A DNA stretch of 64,000 bases from an uncultured Methanosarcinaceae archaeon (GCA_963847185.1 CAWJYV010000001.1:270843-334842); one strand, 5' to 3'. Numbered from the stretch's first letter, positions 1 to 10,641 are shown. The notes: generated from the letters alone by a model not told the origin. Numbers and translations: made by a program.

Positions 1-702
1 TGTATGGCTTCCCAGTATGCAGGCTGGAGAATTTCTGTTGGGAACTATTTTGGAATGGGCTCAGGTCCTGCACGTGCACTCGGTTTAAAACCAAAAGAAC
101 TCTATGAGGAGATAGGATATGAGGATGACTTTGAAGCCGCAGTCCTGGTAATGGAATCTGACAAACTTCCTGATGAGAAGGTTGTTGAGTATATTGCAAA
201 GCACTGCAGCGTAGATCCCGAAAACGTAATGATTGCTGTTGCCCCTACGGCCTCAATTGCAGGTTCAGTCCAGATTTCGGCCAGAGTTGTAGAAACCGGA
301 ATTCACAAATTTGAATCCATAGGGTTTGACATTAACTGCATTAAGAGCGGATACGGCGTTGCTCCTATTGCTCCTGTTGTAGGAAACGATGTGCAGTGCA
401 TGGGCTCAACCAATGACTGCGTAATTTACTGCGGCGAAACCAACTACACAGTGCGCTTTGATGGGGAACTGGCAGAACTAGAAGAGTTCGTAAAGAAAGT
501 TCCTTCAACGACTTCCAGTGACTTCGGGAAACCATTCTACCAGACCTTCAAGGCAGCAAACTTTGACTTCTTCAAGGTTGATGCAGGCATGTTCGCACCT
601 GCCAGACTTACTGTAAACGACCTCAAGAGCACAAAAACCATAACTAGCGGTGGACTTTATCCGGAAATTCTTCTCCAGTCCTTCGGAATAAGGCAGGTAT
701 AA
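1..702 (+). CDS. mch: Methenyltetrahydromethanopterin cyclohydrolase (5'-partial)
   Basis: Motifs [38 protein letters not shown] and FGKPF are typical of Mch; the frame is open from position 1. Confidence 0.95.
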   Translation, partial: CMASQYAGWRISVGNYFGMGSGPARALGLKPKELYEEIGYEDDFEAAVLVMESDKLPDEKVVEYIAKHCSVDPENVMIAVAPTASIAGSVQISARVVETGIHKFESIGFDINCIKSGYGVAPIAPVVGNDVQCMGSTNDCVIYCGETNYTVRFDGELAELEEFVKKVPSTTSSDFGKPFYQTFKAANFDFFKVDAGMFAPARLTVNDLKSTKTITSGGLYPEILLQSFGIRQV

Positions 703-734
703 AGAGTAATGTAGATATAAAGGGCAGATGCCCT

Positions 735-800
735 TTTATTTCTGTTTTGTTCTCTTCTGTTTTGTTCTCTTCTGTTTTGTTCTCTCTTCTGTTTTGTTCA
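735..800. repeat. Short tandem repeat (TTCTGTTTTGTTCTC, ~4 degenerate units) in a T-rich terminator region after mch
   Basis: The repeated 15-mer is directly visible; it explains the KTEEN repeats of the spurious ORF 644..1009. Confidence 0.7.
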
Positions 801-1670
801 ATTTTCGGTTTAATCTCTTTTTCGATCTCATTTTTCACTTTATTTTCGTCTATTAGCTTAGATACCTCAAAGAGAAAATGGTTTTCCTGATCTTGGAAAC
901 AGAAAACTGCGGAGCTCAACGGAGAGATTGCATAAAATAGACAAGCTATGAAGTGGACTGACTTCAGACATATGACAGAGAATAACATGGGCAAGTCGGA
1001 TATTTCCATCAGAACTTTCTAAGGATTTGGTTAAAAAGTTGGAAAAAAATGAATTACCTGTTTGGAAGTATCTTAAAGATTTACAAAGTGATAGCAGTAA
1101 TATGTATAAACTGATAGGTACACAAATAAAATTGATTTTAACATTCGATAAGTGATATAAAAATGCAAATATTGAGCTTAATATCTTATATGGCCTGCTA
1201 AAATAATACTTACTTTATTTAATGTATTTTTATGGAATTGTATTTATTTAATGAGCTGAAGCCACAAACTTTGAAAATCCGTTATAATCTTTATAATTGT
1301 GGAAGATATCTGGATAGCTTATGAATACCGTACCAAAAAGTATTATTTAATCTTATGAAATTGAAAAATGTAACAAGCACATTATGCAATTAATGTAAAA
1401 CTATACTTTTACATATTTATATTAAGGAATAATTATGTATTAAATTATTTAATATGACAAGTAATCATTGAAAAAAGAACTCTAGAATTGTGTCAAACGT
1501 ATATTACATAACGAAAACAGGTACTGTTAGCTATAATATTCTAATCTAAATTCTTTTAATCCTCTCAAAACTTTTCCTAAAAATCATGTTCATTTATATC
1601 CTAGAAAGTCCAAAAAAGTATAAAAAATTATAATTGTTCGGAAAACTGTATGAACTAATTTCGTAAAGTA

Positions 1671-1690
1671 CCAAAAATACTTTATAGTAG
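1671..1690 (+). promoter_or_regulatory. Probable BRE/TATA promoter (CCAAAAATAC-TTTATA) upstream of a long structured leader
   Basis: Purine-rich element followed by TTTATA, just upstream of a switch from very AT-rich to hairpin-rich sequence. Confidence 0.45.
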
Positions 1691-1699
1691 TACCACATA

Positions 1700-2130
1700 A
1701 GCCATGTTTGTCAACTCAGGAATTCAATAATAGTTGAATTAAGTCTTTTGAATGGAATCTTTTCGGAAGAGAGTTGACCTGGCTAAAAGCCGTGACCAAT
1801 AAAATAAGAGGCATTGACCAGAAGGGGTAATATCCCATGGTCAGTAGCAAATTTTGAGTAGGAGAAGCCAAAACTTCTCATGTCCGGCCACCTCCGATGA
1901 CCAGTCCCTAGAAAGTGATTGGAGAGTGGAGACTCTGTGTGTAACTTGTCCGCCCCACATAAATCGCAGAGAACCGAATTGGATAAGGTTCAAAAATATT
2001 ACGCAGACGTAATATGAATTTTTGAATGACAGTATAGAGCCGACCTGATTAGAGTATCTAACCCCTAATTAGATATGACTGGATATGTCGGAAAAAATGT
2101 ATTACGAGTACGTAATGAATTTTAAGAAAA
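1700..2130 (+). ncRNA. Candidate structured 5' leader / sRNA
   Basis: Nested and serial inverted repeats: AGCCA..GTCAACTC/GAGTTGAC..TGGCT, AATTCAA/TTGAATT, TGACCA/TGGTCA, GAGAAG/CTTCTC, TTCAAAAA..ATTACG/CGTAAT..TTTTTGAA, CCGAC/GTCGG; no ORF in the track. Confidence 0.4.
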
Positions 2131-2133
2131 TAC

Positions 2134-2420
2134 TTGGGAAAAAGTATACAGTTACCCTATAACTTTGACTATACTTCAACCCTACAACGATCCAACCCAA
2201 AGGTGATACAATGCTGAGAAAACAGCTAGGAAACCCTATTCCTGGTAACATACCCTACTTAGGCAACCGTATCGGCTTTGGGAAAAACATACAATAACCC
2301 AAAAAAGATTTTGAGTAAGCTCGAAATCTAAAAACTCAACCCAAAGGTGATACGATGCTAAAAAGACAACTAGGGACCCTATTCCTGGTCACATGCCTTA
2401 TTTTAACAACCGTACCGACT
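2134..2420 (+). repeat. ~145-bp tandem duplication covering the RBS and signal-peptide start of the downstream gene; the upstream copy forms a 28-aa uORF (2211..2297)
   Basis: TTGGGAAAAA..TACA.T.ACCC occurs at ~2134 and ~2278; CAACCCAAAGGTGATAC.ATGCT...CTAGG.ACCCTATTCCTGGT occurs at ~2193 and ~2337. Confidence 0.8.
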
Positions 2421-3242
2421 GTATTTGGCGCTCAAAGTACACAAGTGATAACTGTTGCCGGAGATGGAAGCGGAAACTACAATGTTGATGGAAAAGACGA
2501 TCACGTGCAAATTAACCAGGCTCTTGAATATGCAGCAAATAATCCAGGTACAACTGTCCACCTCAAAGGCCCATTTACATATGACATCGGCGATTCTCTT
2601 ATGCTTGGCAGCAACACAATCCTTGAAGGTGATTCCAGCGTAACAATTAAACTTGCCAAAGGATTGCCAGCATGGGGTGGTCGAGAGAGCAGCATTTCAG
2701 AAAAGAAAGCCATGCTCATGATTAGAGGCAACTCTGCAAATGATGTCACAATTAGAGGCTTTACTGTTGATGGCAGTCAGTCAGACTACTATCCTAGCGT
2801 CAGGCTTGGAACTTCCATGTACAACATGGCAACACTCATAGGTGTTAACGGGCTAACAATTGAGAAAGTTACATTCCAGAATGGTTGTAACGATGCGATG
2901 CTTATCTCAAAATCCAGCAACATAATGATAGACACAGTAACTGTAAACAAATGTGGGCATGATGGTGTATATGCCTATCATGTAACTGGAATTACAGTTA
3001 AGAATTCCAAATTTATTAACCGGACTAACTCATCCATTAGATTAGATTCCGCTACCGATGGAGTGATTACAAATAATGACTGTACCACGTCTGGCGGTGG
3101 ATATGCAGGTGTAGAATTACAGGGAACTCTTAAAAACATAGAAATCTATGGCAACTATTTCCATGACTTACCTGTTGATCCAATAGTACACTTAAACACA
3201 AATGAATCTAATGTGAAAATCCACGACAACAGAATCGAGTAA
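2355..3242 (+). CDS. Secreted right-handed parallel beta-helix protein (pectin-lyase fold; disaggregatase-related cell-surface family)
   Basis: N-terminal signal peptide, VAGDGSGNYNVDGKDDHVQINQAL start motif, repeated I.I.N/N..F beta-helix coils, AGGTGA RBS. Confidence 0.8.
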   Translation: MLKRQLGTLFLVTCLILTTVPTVFGAQSTQVITVAGDGSGNYNVDGKDDHVQINQALEYAANNPGTTVHLKGPFTYDIGDSLMLGSNTILEGDSSVTIKLAKGLPAWGGRESSISEKKAMLMIRGNSANDVTIRGFTVDGSQSDYYPSVRLGTSMYNMATLIGVNGLTIEKVTFQNGCNDAMLISKSSNIMIDTVTVNKCGHDGVYAYHVTGITVKNSKFINRTNSSIRLDSATDGVITNNDCTTSGGGYAGVELQGTLKNIEIYGNYFHDLPVDPIVHLNTNESNVKIHDNRIE

Positions 3243-3378
3243 GTATTCTATATAAACTCGATTAAATAGATAGTTTGGAAAAACTATTGCTAGAAAAACA
3301 GATGTAGTTTGGAAAAACTACTGTTAGAAGAATGTATATTCTTCGCTGAATTATAAAGTAATAAACTGAAGAAGTGAC

Positions 3379-3415
3379 CGGAGTAGCACCTCCGTCCTTC
3401 CTTTTAATTTTAATT
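3379..3415 (+). terminator. Hairpin (CGGAG..CTCCG) followed by a pyrimidine/T tract
   Basis: CGGAGTAGCACCTCCG then TCCTTCCTTTTAATTTT downstream of 2355..3242. Confidence 0.4.
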
Positions 3416-3796
3416 CTGCTTTTGATGTGATTTTGCGTTTCTGCTATCTTTTTTCTATTGAGTTGTTTCTGTTACATTTAAAGACCTTTGCTTCTTGAAA
3501 TACGCTGCCGAGAGTCTTATTAAATATAAAATATAGTCATCGCGGTAAGCCTATTAATTTTCTGTTTTTTGGTATTCTAGTTTCACGAGTATTTTTGGTT
3601 ATCTTTAGTACCTATTCTGTGAAATTAATATGATAATAATCTTTAGTTGAAAATATATTGGCTTTGAGATAAGAAAGGCTTTTAACTCAACCTATTTAAG
3701 GTAACGACCCCAATCTTATTTCAGAAACAAAAAGTGCTACAAATATATGCTTAAAAAACAAGATTTTAACGAAAGGTCAATAAGGAGAAAAGTTTT

Positions 3797-4264
3797 ATGC
3801 CAATAATAAATACATCTCAAGGAGTAGGAGGCATTCTGAACAGTTTCAAGAGCATTGTGGAAGGAGCAGAAAAGATTACTTTTGTGGGAACCCCTGGTTT
3901 CTGTACCCCCTTTGCCGAACTTCTCAGTTTTGTAGTAAGAGATAGAAAACTTGCTTTTGTTTCCAACATGGATTTTGGGAAAGCGCGATCAATCCTGATG
4001 ACTCCCGAGGGCATGCAGCTTGGAGAGCTCACGGATGCACACGCTGATGTTGTTGTCCTCCTGGGAGGGCTTGCTATGCCAAAAATGGGAACAAGCCCTG
4101 AAAAAGCGATAGAAATTTCCAGAAAGGTTCTCGAAAACTCGGGAAAAAAGAAGGTTATAGGAGTATGTTTTCAGTCTATGTTTACGCAGCAGAAATGGGA
4201 TGAGATAATCAGTTTTGATTACATTATCAATTCAGATCTGGCTGTCGAAGTACTTGAAACTTGA
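3797..4264 (+). CDS. DUF2124 family methanogen conserved protein
   Basis: GTPGFCTPFAELL, LLGGLAMPK and GVCFQSMF motifs. Confidence 0.8.
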   Translation: MPIINTSQGVGGILNSFKSIVEGAEKITFVGTPGFCTPFAELLSFVVRDRKLAFVSNMDFGKARSILMTPEGMQLGELTDAHADVVVLLGGLAMPKMGTSPEKAIEISRKVLENSGKKKVIGVCFQSMFTQQKWDEIISFDYIINSDLAVEVLET

Positions 4265-4414
4265 GAGATTCTACAATTTGATTGATTTTCGGGCTTATTT
4301 CAGAACTGTTGTCCTGAAATTATTGAAACCACTATTATTTTCTTTCTTATTTAAACATGAAATCAACACGGACAACAAGCAATTTTTCATATTTCAAAAT
4401 CCGATTTATCCTTC

Positions 4415-4972
4415 ATGGCTGCCTTATGGTCCCAATCTCATAATCTTGGAATAAAACAAAAAGCTTTTTCCTGGAGAATGGACAGACATGGAAACATCTT
4501 CATAAAGAGGAAGTTCAGGAGAGGCCGATTTCCAAAGATTGATAAAATTAGCTGTAGCTATCTCGATAAGCTCTGCAAGTTCATGCAGGATATTGAGTGG
4601 AAAGGTCTTTCAAATGATGTCTCCAAGTTGTATACAGGAACTGAAAAAGAAGGTATCGGAAAATTCCTGTACAGACTCAGGCCAGAAATTCAGTATGCTC
4701 AACTCTCTAGCCATTTAGGAGCTATTTTTTACTTCTCTGAAGTATGGAAATGGAACGGGCAGAAAAGGGGTATGAAGTTTCTGTTGCTTTCAGAGGATTG
4801 GCAGGAAAATACACTGATATATTACAGGAATTCGCTGAACGCTGAAAAAGGAGGCAGTTTTCTGGATAGTTTCCTTGAAAACACGGAAGGAAAAGAACAA
4901 AAGCAGGAAGCAAAAGAAGAAACGACTCCGGAAGTCAAGCAGACAAAACTTTCAGCATTTTTCAATATTTAA
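4415..4972 (+). CDS. Hypothetical protein (start uncertain)
   Basis: 185-aa ORF with coding-like composition; no family recognised. Confidence 0.6.
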   Translation: MAALWSQSHNLGIKQKAFSWRMDRHGNIFIKRKFRRGRFPKIDKISCSYLDKLCKFMQDIEWKGLSNDVSKLYTGTEKEGIGKFLYRLRPEIQYAQLSSHLGAIFYFSEVWKWNGQKRGMKFLLLSEDWQENTLIYYRNSLNAEKGGSFLDSFLENTEGKEQKQEAKEETTPEVKQTKLSAFFNI

Positions 4973-5129
4973 AGGAATATTATAGAAAATTTTAAAATAG
5001 TCATGTTACTTTAAAGTTTTTAAATTCAACACTTCTTGAAAAGTAGTTTTATAAATTTGATAAGTAAATATTATAACAGGAAAATATTATATGTATAACT
5101 GGGCGAATAGTTAAAGAGCAGGAGAAAAA

Positions 5130-5768
5130 ATGATAGCCGAAAACCTCGGGTTTTTCATCTATACTTTCACATCCATGTTTGTGGTTGTCAGTCCAATCAG
5201 TGGAGTAGTGACTTTCATCTCCCTGACCAGCAAGATGACACAAGAGGAAAAAAACAAAATCGCAAAAAAAGCAGTCATGCTGGCATGTTTTATTGCTCTT
5301 TCTTTTGCAATCACAGGAAGCTTTATACTTAATCTCTTCAGCATTAGTGTGGATTCACTGCGGGTTGCCGGAGGGCTCCTGCTTTTCAGCATTGCCTTTG
5401 ACATGATGCATGCTAAGGTTTCAAGAGAGAGTATTACTGATGAAGAAATTTCTCAGTCTATGGAACGAGAGGATATCTGGGTTTTTCCTATAGGTCTTCC
5501 GCTCCTTACAGGTCCGGGTACGATCAGTACTGTCATTGTTCTTATGGGTGGGGCAGAAACCATCGAGCAAAAAATAATGATTCTTGCAGCAATTATACTG
5601 ACATTTATTTTCTGTCTGTATATCTTCCTTTTCTCAAGGAGGATTCACAAACTTATTGGATATAACGGAATGCTAGTCTTTACAAGGTTGATGGGCCTGT
5701 TGCTTGCAGCTCTTGCAGTGGACCTGACTGCTCTGGGGATAATAAACATATTCCATTTAACAGTCTGA
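5130..5768 (+). CDS. MarC/NAAT family integral membrane protein
   Basis: Several TM segments; RVAGGLLLF, PIGLPLLTGPGTISTV and RLMGLLLAA motifs. Confidence 0.92.
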   Translation: MIAENLGFFIYTFTSMFVVVSPISGVVTFISLTSKMTQEEKNKIAKKAVMLACFIALSFAITGSFILNLFSISVDSLRVAGGLLLFSIAFDMMHAKVSRESITDEEISQSMEREDIWVFPIGLPLLTGPGTISTVIVLMGGAETIEQKIMILAAIILTFIFCLYIFLFSRRIHKLIGYNGMLVFTRLMGLLLAALAVDLTALGIINIFHLTV

Positions 5769-5788
5769 AATAAAATAATTAATTTAAC

Positions 5789-6508
5789 GGCTCTGTAGAA
5801 ATCCTCTAAATATTATTTTGTCCAAAAATATTATGAAAACAGGGTTGTAAAATTGCTTCTTAATTTTTTGTCCTCACAAAAAACGAAGGAGCATCCTATA
5901 TTGAAATCAAATAAGTATATTAAATTTGTTGATTTCAGTCTGAAAGCTGTCCAGTCTTCCAGACTGAACGTTTATTCTTTATATTCTTACGTGGTTGAAC
6001 TGAATAATCAATACCTTGAAATCAACCTAAAGTACATCAGATTTATTGAGTTATGTCTATTAATCTTGATTTTAAACCTCAAGTGCGTAAGTCCTATTCT
6101 TGTAAGTATTCCAAACGTGTTTATATCCAGCATCAACTTCCAGTTCTTATTTTATTGAAGAAATATATAAGTACAGATTATCGCGATTTTATAGAACTCA
6201 TTGATCTTATGAGTGATATAAACGAAAAACTGAACCTTGAAAAAACTCCTTATTTCACTACCCTTCAAAAATTTGCACCCAGAGTTCTCTCTTCTTTGTT
6301 TGACCAGATTCAATCAAGGATTCTAAAGCTGTTTTACTTACACGGAGAGAACATTTCCATTGCAGGAATTGACACAACAGGATTTACGAGTTCTTATGCA
6401 AGCCATTATTATTCACGAAGAACAGGGAAGCTCCGGCGGAGCTTCCTGAAAACTTCACTATCAGTAGACACAATAATAAAAGCCTTGAAGATAAGATTTA
6501 CAACGGCC
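5789..6508 (+). mobile_element. Truncated IS5-type insertion sequence remnant (transposase pseudogene, MITE-interrupted, internally deleted)
   Basis: Transposase N-terminus ([43 protein letters not shown]) ends soon after the first DDE Asp. Possible degenerate TIRs are GGCTCTGTAGAAATC (5789) and GATTTACAACGGCC (6495-6508). Confidence 0.75.
5980..6096. mobile_element. 117-bp MITE (TAGGACTTACGCA-type TIR family), copy 1, inside the IS transposase
   Basis: Right end TGCGTAAGTCCTA; degenerate left end (T)ATATTCTTACGTGGTTGAACTGAATAATCAA; 5-bp TSD TTCTT (5975-5979 / 6097-6101); similar to the copies at 29215 and 37334. Confidence 0.85.
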
Positions 6509-6793
6509 TTACAGATTCTAAAAAAGAGAAGTGCAGGAAGCTTTGTGAGCAGTGGAACACTACTCGCTCTTATCCTGGTGTAAGCAGACAGTCAGCAAAG
6601 ATATTTTTCAATGATTATTTAAGGTTTTACGGTTAGGGATGTAATCAATCTTATTCCCGAATATCGTGAAAAATAAGGAATCAAGAATTATATATTGGAA
6701 AAGCATTGACAAACCTTAAAAGTTTGTGAGCTCTTGACTCTCAATTTTCGTTTGCTACCTTTCCTTTAGAGAACTTTGAAATGTAATTGTTAT

Positions 6794-7093
6794 TTACTCG
6801 ATCTTCACATCCACTAATTTATCTAAAGGCTGTAGATACGGAACTGTGACTTTAAGTACACCATTTGAATATTTAGCAACTGCCTTTTCCGGATTTACAG
6901 GACAGCAGATTGAATAGCTGTCCACGTACGTAACTCCTTCTTTCCTAGCTCTTATATAAAAGCTAACATCAGTAATCTTAAATGAAATGTTTTCCTTTTC
7001 TACTCCTGGAAGTACGACTTCAATTTGAAGATTTTCGTATTTATCGTCAGGATATGCACAAGTGACCGGTGATAATCTCAAAGTTTCCACCAT
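6794..7093 (-). CDS. Small heat-shock protein (Hsp20/alpha-crystallin family)
   Basis: LPGVEKENI and AKYSNGVLKVTVP motifs; probable ATG at 7093. Confidence 0.85.
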   Translation of the reverse strand: MVETLRLSPVTCAYPDDKYENLQIEVVLPGVEKENISFKITDVSFYIRARKEGVTYVDSYSICCPVNPEKAVAKYSNGVLKVTVPYLQPLDKLVDVKIE

Positions 7094-7361
7094 ACATTTA
7101 CCCCCAAACAATGTCAGCAATTACCATATTTATATATTCGTATTCGGTTAAGCAATTTATTAACGTAAAATGACTACTTCAGTCATTTATCTGCTTCTCT
7201 ATACATCTCTGGATTTGCAGAAAAGGCAACAAAAGCAGGTCCGTGAAAGTCGACTATCCGCTATTTCATTGGCAAGTTAAATGTTTTTTGAACCAAAAAG
7301 TCTCAAAAAGTTTTTTCTGAATCAAAAAAGTCTCAAGGTTTTTTGATTTCTTCGGATGCTC

Positions 7362-7934
7362 TTAAATTGTATGGATTTTTTTCAATATCCAGGCCATATT
7401 CTGACCAAGATTTTTCATGTTTTCAATGCCTTCATGGTCATGTTCAACCTCGCCTATAGCGTTCCCGTAAACCATGTTCCAGTAACTGGAACCCACTAAA
7501 AACATCTCTTTGCTATATAAAAAATTATTTAATGTATCAAAAGCGCTGATAGCCGCCTCTCCGAGCAGCTACTACTGATGCTCCTACTTTATGTTTGAAT
7601 AGTCCTCTATTTCCTGCCAGAACAATACTGGCCCGATCAATTAAGGCTTTCATTTGAGAGGTTACACCGGCTGAATATACAGGAGAACCAAGAATAATCC
7701 CGTCTGAAGCTACCATTTTCGCAAAGCACTCATTAAAAAAATCATCTGTGATGACACATTGTTTTTGTTTTTATGGCAAGCCCAGCAGGCTTTACAACCT
7801 TCTATATTTTTCCCGGATAATTGGATAAGTTCTGTTTCAATCCCTTGTTTTGTCAATTCATCAAATACGATTTGAATCAGAATTGCAGTATTCCCGCCTT
7901 TTCGTGGGCTTCCGTTAATGCCAATAACTTTCAT
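7362..7934 (-). pseudogene. Iron-sulfur flavoprotein / flavodoxin-like NADPH-dependent FMN reductase, two frameshifts
   Basis: INGSPRKGGNT and CxxCxxC in the first frame; CVITDD..GIILGSPVY..MKALIDR and AFDTLNNF..VGSSYWN..MKNLGQNMAW continue in other frames (shifts near 7760 and 7550). Confidence 0.85.
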
Positions 7935-8045
7935 GATTTTTCAATCACTATTTGTTGTAATTTTCAATATTACGTTTCATGAGTGTTTTTTTCACAAATG
8001 CTACGTTTCACAAAGTATTTTTTCCACAAAATGTTTTCCACACAT

Positions 8046-8735
8046 TTACCTTACGAAACCTTCGTCTTTAAGACTTACGTACCTGCCGTCCCCGATGATA
8101 ATATGGTCCAGCACGTCGATTCCAAGAAGTTTGCCTCCTTCTACCATTTTTTCGGTAACCATTATATCCTCTCTGCTGGGACTCGGATCCCCAGAAGGAT
8201 GGTTATGAACCATGATTACTGATGCCGAAGATTCCATAAGGGCTGACTTGAAAACCTCGCGCGGATGAACGATGCTTGCGTTCAAGCTGCCTATAGATAC
8301 TATTTCTTCTTTCAGGATCTGGTTTTTCGTATCAAGATAAAGTGTTATAAATTTTTCTTTTTTTTGTTCACGCATCTTAGGGTACATGAGAGCATATACG
8401 TCCTTTGGGGAACATATCTTCCTTTTAGGCTCTTCTACAAAAGTCTCAAGCCGTCTGGCAAGTTCGAAAACCGCAGCTATCTGAGCAGCTTTTGCTTTCC
8501 CAACCCCATGCACCTGCATAAGTCTTGAGACATTTGCAAGACTGAGCTGTTTTATGCTGTATTCCGATAGGATTCGGCTGCACAGACTGACAACGTTTTC
8601 TTCCTTTGATCCTGTTCTCAGGACTATTCCAAGCAGTTCCGCATTTGAAAGGGATTCCGGCCCGTTTCGGATAAGCCTCTCTCTGGGACGTTCTTCTTCC
8701 GGGATGTCCTGAATCCTTACTTTATTTATTTCCAT
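8046..8735 (-). CDS. radC: RadC / JAB-MPN domain protein (UPF0758)
   Basis: ERPRERL, HhH motif GVGKAKA, VHPREVF, HNHPSGD and LDHIIIG motifs. Confidence 0.95.
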   Translation of the reverse strand: MEINKVRIQDIPEEERPRERLIRNGPESLSNAELLGIVLRTGSKEENVVSLCSRILSEYSIKQLSLANVSRLMQVHGVGKAKAAQIAAVFELARRLETFVEEPKRKICSPKDVYALMYPKMREQKKEKFITLYLDTKNQILKEEIVSIGSLNASIVHPREVFKSALMESSASVIMVHNHPSGDPSPSREDIMVTEKMVEGGKLLGIDVLDHIIIGDGRYVSLKDEGFVR

Positions 8736-8981
8736 AATCTACCCCCTCTTCTCATATTCTGAATGATCCACGTTTAAATCGGGAAGACTCTTGTTAGATA
8801 CTTACTCTTAATAGATATTATCAGAGTTTCAATATTTGAATCTTCACAAGAATAGTTATTCAGTTTATTTCTTGAGGTCAATCGCAGAACCTGCTTTAAA
8901 AACAGTGATTAAAGATGCGTGAGGTGCCGGCCTTTACTTATACCGTCTTTACTTATACCGGAAAGTACATAACGCTCTTTA

Positions 8982-9827
8982 ATGAAAGTCGTTTCAGTTG
9001 TTGGGTACAAAAAATCTGGCAAGGCCGCCCTTGTAACAGCTCTTGTCCGGAAGCTCTCCGAATTCGGGAAAGTAGGCACTGTAAAGCATATGGGAGAACA
9101 GCGCTTCAATCCCGTAGAAACGGACACAGGCAGTTATTTTGATGCAGGCGCTGACATGGTCATAGGAATAAGTGGCACCGGCACAACAGGCACGGAACTT
9201 GTCAGCTTCTCAAGAGACCTTGACCTTGAAGACGCACTTGATATGCTTTGCGACCAGGGCTTTGATTTTGCTGTGGTAGAAGGTTTCAAAAACAGCAGCC
9301 TTCCTAAAATTGTTATTGGGGATCTTCACGATGTCTCGAACGTAGTTTTCAGGATGCCGGAAGACGTTGATTTTCATGAAGAACTTACAGCTTCCCTCGT
9401 AGGAATAGCCCTTACCCAGCCTGACCACTACACCCTGGAAGCCCTCATAAAGAAAGCCCGAAAAAACCCCACAATCCGGAAATCAGGCGCGATTGGAACT
9501 TTTACAGGCATTGTCCGCGAACTTGCTGACAACGAGAAAACAAGCAAACTCGAATTTGAGAAATACGAACCAGAAGCCTCCAAAATCCTGGATAAAATCA
9601 GGGAAGACCTCAAGCAAAAAGAAGGAATCCTGGAAGTGCTCCTTCACCACAAAACAGGCGTCATCAAAGCCGGAGAAGACATAGTCTACATTGTTATTGC
9701 ATCCGGGCATAGGAAAGAACTTTTCCCTGTTCTTAGCGAAGCCATAGAGCGTATAAAGGCAGAAGTCCCGATATGGAAAAAGGAATTCACAGAAAAGGAA
9801 GAATTCTGGGCCCACGACAAAGAATAA
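8982..9827 (+). CDS. moaE: MobB-MoaE fusion (molybdopterin synthase catalytic subunit with N-terminal MobB domain)
   Basis: N-terminal GYKKSGK, VKH and VEGFK; C-terminal GAIGTFTGIVR, HR and IKAEVPIWKKE. Confidence 0.9.
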   Translation: MKVVSVVGYKKSGKAALVTALVRKLSEFGKVGTVKHMGEQRFNPVETDTGSYFDAGADMVIGISGTGTTGTELVSFSRDLDLEDALDMLCDQGFDFAVVEGFKNSSLPKIVIGDLHDVSNVVFRMPEDVDFHEELTASLVGIALTQPDHYTLEALIKKARKNPTIRKSGAIGTFTGIVRELADNEKTSKLEFEKYEPEASKILDKIREDLKQKEGILEVLLHHKTGVIKAGEDIVYIVIASGHRKELFPVLSEAIERIKAEVPIWKKEFTEKEEFWAHDKE

Positions 9828-9936
9828 CAAACGATAATCAAAGATTTCAAGGAACAGGATAAGAACCAAGCCTGAAAATTGAATAAAAAATAGAGTTCTC
9901 CGTAAAAATAAATGAAAAGACTCCGGATACGGTTAA

Positions 9937-10641
9937 ATGAACGGAAAAACAAAGCCAGCCCAGCTTGAAGAAACTGAACCTGGAAAATCCGAGAAAAAGG
10001 AAATAAAGACTAGAACTGCCATCGTTCTGGCAGGAGGCAGGGGCACAAGAATGGGAATGGTCGAAAAAGCCCTTCTCGAATTTGAAGGAAAAACTATCAT
10101 TGAGCGTCTGCTGGAAAGCCTTTTTCATGCCGTGGACGAGGTTATCCTTTCAGTTCGGGACAGAACCCAGAAAGAGAAGTTTAATCCGGTGATTGAAAAA
10201 TTCCCTGCCCGTGAAATCCGCTTTTGTTTTGATACTTTAAAGGATGCAGGCCCCCTCGAAGGCATTCGGGCAGGACTGCTCGAGTCCAGGTCAGAATATT
10301 CCTTTGTCTGTGCAGGGGATATGCCTTTTGTAAATTTCAGAGTTGTAGGCCTTCTGTTTGAAAAAGCAAGCGGGCACGATGCTGCTCTCCCAAAATGGGA
10401 TGATAGAATGTTTGAGCCTCTGCATGCAGTCTATTCTAAGAAATTGATTCCTGGAATTGAAAAAGCCTTTGAGAAAGGAAAGCGATCTGTACTTATGTCG
10501 GTTTTAGAGATGAAGGATGTAGTGTTTGTTGAGGTTTCAGAAATTAAAGATATGGATCCTAAACTGAGGACTTTTGCGAACATCAATACGGTTGAAGATA
10601 TTGAGACTATGACTTTATCCGACGGTATAAAGAAAAGGTAA
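9937..10641 (+). CDS. mobA: Molybdenum cofactor guanylyltransferase
   Basis: LAGGRGTRMG..K, GPLEGI, DMPF, EPLHAVY and NINT motifs. Confidence 0.92.
   Translation: MNGKTKPAQLEETEPGKSEKKEIKTRTAIVLAGGRGTRMGMVEKALLEFEGKTIIERLLESLFHAVDEVILSVRDRTQKEKFNPVIEKFPAREIRFCFDTLKDAGPLEGIRAGLLESRSEYSFVCAGDMPFVNFRVVGLLFEKASGHDAALPKWDDRMFEPLHAVYSKKLIPGIEKAFEKGKRSVLMSVLEMKDVVFVEVSEIKDMDPKLRTFANINTVEDIETMTLSDGIKKR

Noticed and set aside
644-1009. ORF with KTEEN repeats on the minus strand
   Set aside because: It is a translation of the T-rich intergenic tandem repeat and overlaps the mch end; probably spurious.
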